From Thermoplasmatota archaeon (lineage in GTDB: Archaea; Thermoplasmatota; Thermoplasmata; UBA10834), in NCBI GenBank assembly GCA_040751795.1, contig JBFMHR010000001.1, positions 1-64,000 on the forward strand: 64,000 nt of DNA, given 5' to 3'. Position numbers and translations under genes: made by a program. Positions 57,533 to 64,000 of this stretch are shown here, one piece after another. Positions within the stretch are counted from its first letter, which is position 1. Each line of letters begins with the position of its first letter. Below the pieces are notes generated by a model that was not told where the DNA came from, ran no database searches, and saw only the letters and a list, made by a program, of their open reading frames with translations.

Positions 57533-59146
57533 TTGGGAGAAGTATTTGCGAGAAAAGCGAGCGGGTTGGTCCGTGAGGCCTCGCTTCTTGATACCTTCGG
57601 TATCGGCTTCATGAACAACACGCTCGGTGTGGGCATTTGGACCATGGCGAGCTGGGGGCTGTTCATCTCGCCGCAGGGGAACATGATGCTCGGGTCGATA
57701 CTGGCGTCCCTGATGTGCATATTCGGCATCGCCTTCGTCTGGGGGTTCCTGGGCGGATCGATGCCGAGGAGCGGCGGGGACTACATCGCGAACTCGAGGA
57801 TCCTGCACCCTGCGGTCGGGATCGCCATGTCCATGACGAACGCAGGTTTCGTGATGACGTTCTGGATAGCCACCCTGGCTCCGTTCTGCGCGGACCCGGG
57901 CATGACATCCCTCCTGTCCTCGATAGGCGCGGACCAGAGCCTCATAGACTGGTTCGCGACGGCCGAGGGCATAGTCGTCACCGCGTCCCTGGTGAACATC
58001 TGGGGCTTCTTCATCGTGATAACCGGGCTCAGGGTGTACAACCTGAACCAGCGGGTGATAATGCTCCTGGCGTTCTTCACGCTGATCGTGACGGGCATCG
58101 TTCTCACGACGAGCAGCCAGGCCGACTTCATCACGGCGTACGACGCCCAGGCGGCGCTCGACGGCTCGATGACGTACGACCAGACGATCCAGTCCGTCCG
58201 TGGCGAGGGCGTGGACATCGCCGACGGCTCCGAGCCGGGATGGGACCTCGGGGCAGCGCTGGCCCTCTTCCCCGCGATAGCGTGGGCCACGGCGTACGGC
58301 TATCAGATCACCTTCATCTGCGGCGAGGTCAAACGGCCCCAGAGGAACATCATCCTGGGGCAGGTCCTCGCGGCGGTGATCCCCGCGGTCTTCCTGGTGT
58401 GGTTCTCGTGGGGCCTGGTCAACGTCATGGGCCAGGACTTCCTGGGCGCCATAGCGTACATCGACAACGCGGGCGAGGGGCCATCCTACGACGCCTTCAC
58501 CCTATCGGTGGGCAGCAACACCTACAGCATGATATCCCTGCTGACCGACAACGGCATCGCGGAGTTCTGCATCGGCTCGGTGTTCATCTTCTTCAACCTG
58601 TTATGCATGCCCATATCGTACATCGCCTTCAGCCGTGCGGCGTTCGCGTGGGGCATGGACAGGCTGGGCCCGATGTGGTTCACCGACGTGAGCCCGAGGT
58701 GGCACTCCCCTGTCAAGAACAACATCGTGATGCTGTTCATGAGCGAGATAGGGATATTCATCTACGCGTACTGGGCTGAGGCGATCGACGCCATAGCCAT
58801 CGTGGCCCTCGAGGCGATGTCCGCGTGGGGCGTCATGGCGGTGTCGGGCCTCCTCTTCCCCTACGTGAAGAAGGCGAGGACCATCTGGGAGGCGTCTCCC
58901 TACAAGTTCCATGTGGGGCCGCTCTACGTCATGACCATCACGTCGATAGTCAACCTGGCCTTCGTGGGGATACTGCTGTACTACTTCTTTACGGAGCCGG
59001 AGCTCGGCGCGATATCGACCTGGGGGTCGGTGGTCTATATCTCCATATGGGTGATCGGAGTGCTCTGGTACTTCCTCTGGGTGAGGCACTGGAAGAAGCA
59101 GGGCATAGACCTCGCCCTGGCCTGGAAGGAGCTGCCTCCGGCCTAG
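57533..59146 (+). CDS. APC family amino acid/polyamine permease
   Basis: FARKASGLVRE, MPRSGGDY, GEVKRP, ~12 TM. Confidence 0.9.
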   Translation: MGEVFARKASGLVREASLLDTFGIGFMNNTLGVGIWTMASWGLFISPQGNMMLGSILASLMCIFGIAFVWGFLGGSMPRSGGDYIANSRILHPAVGIAMSMTNAGFVMTFWIATLAPFCADPGMTSLLSSIGADQSLIDWFATAEGIVVTASLVNIWGFFIVITGLRVYNLNQRVIMLLAFFTLIVTGIVLTTSSQADFITAYDAQAALDGSMTYDQTIQSVRGEGVDIADGSEPGWDLGAALALFPAIAWATAYGYQITFICGEVKRPQRNIILGQVLAAVIPAVFLVWFSWGLVNVMGQDFLGAIAYIDNAGEGPSYDAFTLSVGSNTYSMISLLTDNGIAEFCIGSVFIFFNLLCMPISYIAFSRAAFAWGMDRLGPMWFTDVSPRWHSPVKNNIVMLFMSEIGIFIYAYWAEAIDAIAIVALEAMSAWGVMAVSGLLFPYVKKARTIWEASPYKFHVGPLYVMTITSIVNLAFVGILLYYFFTEPELGAISTWGSVVYISIWVIGVLWYFLWVRHWKKQGIDLALAWKELPPA

Positions 59147-59223
59147 GCACGCAGGGTGGGCACGCCCCAAACCCTTTCTCAAAACCCTTCCCCCGTTTCT
59201 CACCGCGCACGACAGGCCGCCCT

Positions 59224-59964
59224 TCACGGCTTGGGGACGACGTGGTAGTGGTTGTACGACTTCTTGAAGAGCCCCAGGCTCCTCGGGCGCCACTTGTCGA
59301 CGACCTCGATGTTCTCGTAGTCGTCGAAGTACAGGACCAGCGCGAAGTAGTTCGGGTCCCTGCCGCTCCTCTTGGACTCCCTGGCGAGGGACTTCATCAT
59401 CCTGCTGACGCCCTCCTTCATCTTCTCCCTCGAGGGGGCGTACCTTTCTATGGTCTCCTCCTCGTAGGCGATGATCCTCTTCCTGGTCCTGTAGTCCAGG
59501 AGCGAGACGACGTTCAGGGACGCCACCATGACCAGGATGGTCCCGATCAGGGCGTACAGCCCGACGCCGTTCACGAAGTCCGCGCCCAGGCTTGACCGCC
59601 ATATTGGCACTATCTGGAACGATATGAAGAGGACGACGAGTATCAGGAGTATCTTGTTCAGCAGCTTGAGCCAGCTGATGGCGCGGATGAGCCTGGGTAC
59701 GCCCTCCACCTTCGCGGGCATGTCGACGATCTTCTCAGCGTGGGGCCGCGTCTTGACCCACATGTCGTAGAACTCAGAGAACCGGGTCTTCTTCAGTGCG
59801 GTGAACTGGGCCTCTATCTGCTCCACGTCCTTCCGCCTGTAGGCCCTGATGTCGTCGAGCAGGACTATGCACCTCGCCAGTGATGTCTCCGGGTCGTCCT
59901 CGACGCGTTTTCCACCGAACAGTCGCCCTCGCCCCCTAGACAGGCAGGTGCCTGCAATCGCCAA
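59224..59964 (-). CDS. Hypothetical 2-TM membrane protein
   Basis: Two hydrophobic segments; start uncertain. Confidence 0.65.
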   Translation of the reverse strand: MAIAGTCLSRGRGRLFGGKRVEDDPETSLARCIVLLDDIRAYRRKDVEQIEAQFTALKKTRFSEFYDMWVKTRPHAEKIVDMPAKVEGVPRLIRAISWLKLLNKILLILVVLFISFQIVPIWRSSLGADFVNGVGLYALIGTILVMVASLNVVSLLDYRTRKRIIAYEEETIERYAPSREKMKEGVSRMMKSLARESKRSGRDPNYFALVLYFDDYENIEVVDKWRPRSLGLFKKSYNHYHVVPKP

Positions 59965-60001
59965 CGGTGACTATTAAGATATCCGCGACCTGCGCCCCGG
60001 G

Positions 60002-61378
60002 TCACCGCATGCCGTGCTCCGTCTCCTTGATCGCCTGCTCGAAGATGTCGATGCCGATGTCCAGCTGCTCCTGGGAGATGACCAGAGGAGGGGCGATCCG
60101 GAAGACGTTCCCGTACATGCCCGCCGTGATCATCATCAGGCCCTTCTTCCAGGCCAGGCCCTGTATCTGCGGGACATAGAGCGGCTCCTTCGTCTTCTTG
60201 CTCTTGACGATCTCCACCCCGATCATGAGGCCCTTGCCCCTAACGTCGCCTATGATCTCGTACCGGTTCTTGAGCTCGGAGAGCCTCTTCATGGCATGGG
60301 CCCCGAGCACCTTCGACCGCTCGACCAGGTTCTGCTCGAGTATCTCCTTCACATGCGCCAGTCCGGCTGCCATGCTTATGCCGTTGCCCCCGAAGGTCGA
60401 CGAGTGCGACCCGGGCCTCCAGACCTCCATGACGCTCTTCCTCGCGACAATCGCCCCGAGGGGGACCCCGCCCCCGAGGGCCTTCCCCATGATTAAGATG
60501 TCCGGGACCGTGCCGGTCGAATTGCACTCCCAGACCTCGCCCGTCCTCGCGAGGCCGCTCTGGACCTCGTCCGCTACCAGCAGCATCTTCCTCTGGTCGC
60601 AGAGACGCCTCAGCCGCGGCATGAACTCCTTCGGCGGGACGATGTAGCCGCCCTCGCCCTGCACCGGCTCCACGAACACCGAGGCCAGGTCGTTGCTCGG
60701 GCCCCCGAACTCCAGGATCCCCTTCTCGAGGTAGTCCACGCAGAGGAGTCCGCAGGAGGGGTACTCCTGGTTGAACCAGCACCTGTAGCAGTAGGGGTAC
60801 GGCGCGAAGTAGATCCCCGGGGCGTACGGCCCGTGGCCGTACTTGTACTTGATACGGCTCGCCATCGCCAGCGCGTTGCCTATGCGCCCGTGGTACGAAC
60901 CCATGAAGGCTATGTGCTCGCTCCCCTTCGTGTAGTACCGCGAGAGCTTGATGGCGGCCTCGACGCCCTCCGCGCCGCTGTTCCCGAAGAACGTCGACTC
61001 TAGGGCCCCACCAGGGGAGATCTTCGCCAGCAGCTCCGCGAACTCCGCCTCCTTGTCGAAGTAGGCGTCGTTCGCCAGCGAGTGGGTGAGGAGCTCCGCC
61101 TGGTCCTTGATGGCCTGGACGACCTTGGGGTTGGACCATCCTGCGTTGAGCACCGAGATGCCGGACGAGAAGTCGAGGTAGACGTTCCCGTCCTCGTCCA
61201 TTATGGCCGCACCTGAGGACCGCTTCATCGTGAACTGGAAGAGCCTGTCGTATGCGTGGGAGACGTACTTCCTGTCCTTCTCTATGATCGCCTTGCTCTT
61301 CGGCCCCGGCGGCGGGACCTTCAGGTCCGGCGCCTTCCTGGCCCAGTCCGCTACCCATTCAGGCAGGCCTAGATCCAT
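60002..61378 (-). CDS. Class III aminotransferase (GABA/ornithine AT-like)
   Basis: NSGAEGVE, SYHGR, EPVQGEGG, DEVQSG, GKALGGG, STFGGN. Confidence 0.92.
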   Translation of the reverse strand: MDLGLPEWVADWARKAPDLKVPPPGPKSKAIIEKDRKYVSHAYDRLFQFTMKRSSGAAIMDEDGNVYLDFSSGISVLNAGWSNPKVVQAIKDQAELLTHSLANDAYFDKEAEFAELLAKISPGGALESTFFGNSGAEGVEAAIKLSRYYTKGSEHIAFMGSYHGRIGNALAMASRIKYKYGHGPYAPGIYFAPYPYCYRCWFNQEYPSCGLLCVDYLEKGILEFGGPSNDLASVFVEPVQGEGGYIVPPKEFMPRLRRLCDQRKMLLVADEVQSGLARTGEVWECNSTGTVPDILIMGKALGGGVPLGAIVARKSVMEVWRPGSHSSTFGGNGISMAAGLAHVKEILEQNLVERSKVLGAHAMKRLSELKNRYEIIGDVRGKGLMIGVEIVKSKKTKEPLYVPQIQGLAWKKGLMMITAGMYGNVFRIAPPLVISQEQLDIGIDIFEQAIKETEHGMR

Positions 61379-61734
61379 TGGAACATCCTCCGAGCCCACC
61401 GCGCGCTGAAATCGTGGGCGGCTACCGTTACCTACTGCAATCGTTATCAAGTTGCCGGAGATAGAGCGGACTGGCTGGGCATTCCGAGTGTGTCTTCAAA
61501 CGCGGTTCCACGCCCCGCCATTTGCGTTTATGCAAGGACGACGACCGGCAGGTGATGCCCATCCTCCATGCCGGCGGCGTGGCAATGGCGTTACGCCCGC
61601 CTGCGGGGTAATCTGCACGCTAGCCTACGACGCGGAGCGGACTTCGAAAGGTGTTCACGGGTTCGTCACTACGGTTAAATACGGTCCACCACGTTGACTG
61701 GACAAGTGCGTAGGAGGGGAGCGTTCTGAGCAGC

Positions 61735-62661
61735 ATGAGACTTTTCTTCGTCACCGACCTGCACGGCTCTGAATTGTGTTTCAGGAAGTTCATAAGCGCG
61801 ATATCGATCTACAAGGCCGACGCGGCGATAGCGCTCGGGGACCTCGCCGGGAAGATGGTCGTGCCCATAATGAGGAACGACAACGGGACCTACGATGTCA
61901 ACTTCCTGAGCCAGGCCATACACCTCAACAACGAGTCGGAGCTCCAGAAGCAGCTCGAGAAGATCAACGCCATCGGCTTCTACCCGTACATGACGGACCG
62001 GAAGGAGGCAGAGGAGCTCCAGAGGAAGCCGGACGAGGTCACCAAGATCTTCCACAGGCTGATCAGCGAGAGGGTCCAGCACTGGGTGGACCTCGCCGAC
62101 GAGAAGCTCAGGGGCACCCGAGCGAGGGTCTACATGGCCCCCGGCAACGACGACCCGTTCGAGATGGACCCGATACTCGAGTCCTCCAGGACCATGATAT
62201 CCGCCGCGATGAGGAACCTGGACGTCCTGGGCTACGAGATGATCACGCTGGCCCACACCTCCCCGACCCCATGGGACACGCCCAGGGAGTGGTCGGAGGA
62301 GGAGATGGGGAGGAACATCGACAAGCTCGCGTCCACGATCAAGGAGATGGACAAGGCGATATTCAACTTCCACGACCCGCCCCATGGGACGATGCTGGAC
62401 TACGCGCCCAAGCTCAAGGACAACAGGCAGTCGGCGGGAGAGGTTGAGCACGTCGGGAGCACCGCCGTCCTCGAGAGCATCAAGAAGTACCAGCCCTTCC
62501 TCGGGCTCCATGGCCACATACACGAGTCGCGGGCCGCGCAGAAGATAGGCAGGACGTTCTGCGTCAACCCCGGGAGCGAGTACGGGGAGGGCATCCTGAG
62601 GGGGGTCATACTCACGCTCTCCGACACCAAGATGAAGAGCTACGTCTTCACTCAGGGATAG
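61735..62661 (+). CDS. Metallophosphoesterase (Icc-related)
   Basis: TDLHGS, GDLAG, PGNDD, HDPP, LHGHIHES, NPGSEY. Confidence 0.9.
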   Translation: MRLFFVTDLHGSELCFRKFISAISIYKADAAIALGDLAGKMVVPIMRNDNGTYDVNFLSQAIHLNNESELQKQLEKINAIGFYPYMTDRKEAEELQRKPDEVTKIFHRLISERVQHWVDLADEKLRGTRARVYMAPGNDDPFEMDPILESSRTMISAAMRNLDVLGYEMITLAHTSPTPWDTPREWSEEEMGRNIDKLASTIKEMDKAIFNFHDPPHGTMLDYAPKLKDNRQSAGEVEHVGSTAVLESIKKYQPFLGLHGHIHESRAAQKIGRTFCVNPGSEYGEGILRGVILTLSDTKMKSYVFTQG

Positions 62662-62697
62662 GGTGCGGCCTGCATGACCATGGAGGACTGATCTCGG

Positions 62698-63501
62698 ATG
62701 ACCGTGCGACTTCCCGCTGACATACCGGCAGAAGAGTACCCTGCGCCCGAGGTCTTCCTCGACGAGGCGCTCGCCCTCGTGGAGGAGGCCGGGAGGAAGG
62801 GCCTGGTCCTGCGCGTGATGGGAGGGATGGCCATATACATGCACAGCAGGGACTACGAGGCCCTCTGGAAGGGCCTCGCCCGCCTGGGCACCAAGGCCTT
62901 CACCGACATCGACTTCGTCGCGTACGGCAGGCAGAGGAACCAGCTCATGGAGTTCGTGACCTCGAAGGGGTACAAGACGGACCCGCGCTTCCTCTACCAG
63001 TTCGGCAAGTCGCGGCACATATTCTTCGGGGGGCGCGTGCCCATGGTGGAGATCTTCTACGACGAGCTCGCGATGAACCACACCATCCCGTACGCCGGCC
63101 GCCTCGAGAAGGACTCGCCGACCGTCCCCCTGGGCGAGCTCATGATGCAGAAGCTCCAGATCGTCAAGATAAACGAGAAGGACATCAAGGACCTGATAGT
63201 CCTCCTGCGCGCGCACGACGTCGGCGAGGGGGACGACCAGAAGGTCAACCTCTCCGTCCTCGACTCGGTCGACCTGTTCAACGACTGGGGATGGTACCAC
63301 ACAGCCACTACCAACCTGGCCAAGCTCAAGGCGAAGCTCGCGGAGTACCCTCAGCTGTCAGACGAGGACCGGGCGGTCGTCTCCCAGAGGATCGACAGGA
63401 TACTGGCCCACGCGGAGTCGAGGCCGAAGTCCTTCAAGTGGAAGATGCGCGCCAAGGTCGGCACCAAGACGATGTGGTACAACCCGGTGGACGACTGGTG
63501 A
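62698..63501 (+). CDS. Putative Pol-beta superfamily nucleotidyltransferase
   Basis: GGMAI...TDIDFV motif; KLQIVKINEKDIKD. Confidence 0.68.
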   Translation: MTVRLPADIPAEEYPAPEVFLDEALALVEEAGRKGLVLRVMGGMAIYMHSRDYEALWKGLARLGTKAFTDIDFVAYGRQRNQLMEFVTSKGYKTDPRFLYQFGKSRHIFFGGRVPMVEIFYDELAMNHTIPYAGRLEKDSPTVPLGELMMQKLQIVKINEKDIKDLIVLLRAHDVGEGDDQKVNLSVLDSVDLFNDWGWYHTATTNLAKLKAKLAEYPQLSDEDRAVVSQRIDRILAHAESRPKSFKWKMRAKVGTKTMWYNPVDDW

Positions 63502-63516
63502 GAGGCGCGCGCGGGC

Positions 63517-64000
63517 TCAGAGCCTTATGCGGCCCTTCTTCTCGAGGCGCTCCATCACCGCCCGCATTATCAGCGGCCAGGCGATGGTCGCGTCGCTGTA
63601 CACCTCGACGTACATCCCGCCCTCGGAGCGGGGCTTGATCTTCCCCCAGGAGACCCCTTCCGAGTAGGTGCACCCCGAGAGCCCTCCCCAATGGACCGGC
63701 TCGGGGCATATCCTTACGGCGTAGTCGAAGCGCTTGAACCCTCCGCCGGAGCCCACCCTCTTGTTGATTATGTCCAGGTAAGGACCGACCTGCTGCGCCC
63801 AATTCCTCGGGACCCCCCCTCCGATCGTCAATATGCCGAGCTTCTTGGAGGCGAGCACGCGGGACGTGTAGTCCTCGAGGTCGCCGAAGGCGTCGAACCT
63901 CACGGCCTTCTTCTTCTGTAGCTTCATCCGGCGCAGGTAGACCCCGAAGTCCAGGCCCAGCTCCGAGTCGGTGAAGGACGGGACGTAGACCGGGACCTTG
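63517..64000 (-). CDS. Second deoxyhypusine synthase-family protein (5' end outside the window)
   Basis: VPSFTDSELG, GGGVPRNW, GGLSGCTYSEGVSWGK, SDATIAWP. Confidence 0.85.
   Translation of the reverse strand, partial: KVPVYVPSFTDSELGLDFGVYLRRMKLQKKKAVRFDAFGDLEDYTSRVLASKKLGILTIGGGVPRNWAQQVGPYLDIINKRVGSGGGFKRFDYAVRICPEPVHWGGLSGCTYSEGVSWGKIKPRSEGGMYVEVYSDATIAWPLIMRAVMERLEKKGRIRL

Overview
GC-rich archaeal chromosome segment. Thermoplasmatota is the likely lineage (inferred from the CoaD-YjjX fusion, archaeal pheT and deoxyhypusine synthase, archaeal RNase P RNA and TATA/BRE promoters). The backbone carries a solo TnpB at the left edge, pheT, two tRNAs, mevalonate genes, an ilv cluster, a che cluster, a large surface protein and an amine/polyamine-type cluster. 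The main anomaly is an ~11.3 kb lower-GC element (35790-47095) flanked by a perfect 26-bp direct repeat equal to the 3' end of the RNase P RNA gene. It encodes a tyrosine integrase, RHH and wHTH proteins, a divergent histone-fold protein, an R-M pair and several defence-like genes (HEPN-like, TIR, Schlafen/AlbA_2, membrane effectors and two paralogous micro-peptides). Outside the element are a Leu/Val-rich leader peptide with alternative hairpins upstream of ilvB, an unassigned structured RNA at ~5.7-5.9 kb, and a metallophosphoesterase/nucleotidyltransferase pair. All family calls are by-eye motif recognition; no searches were run.
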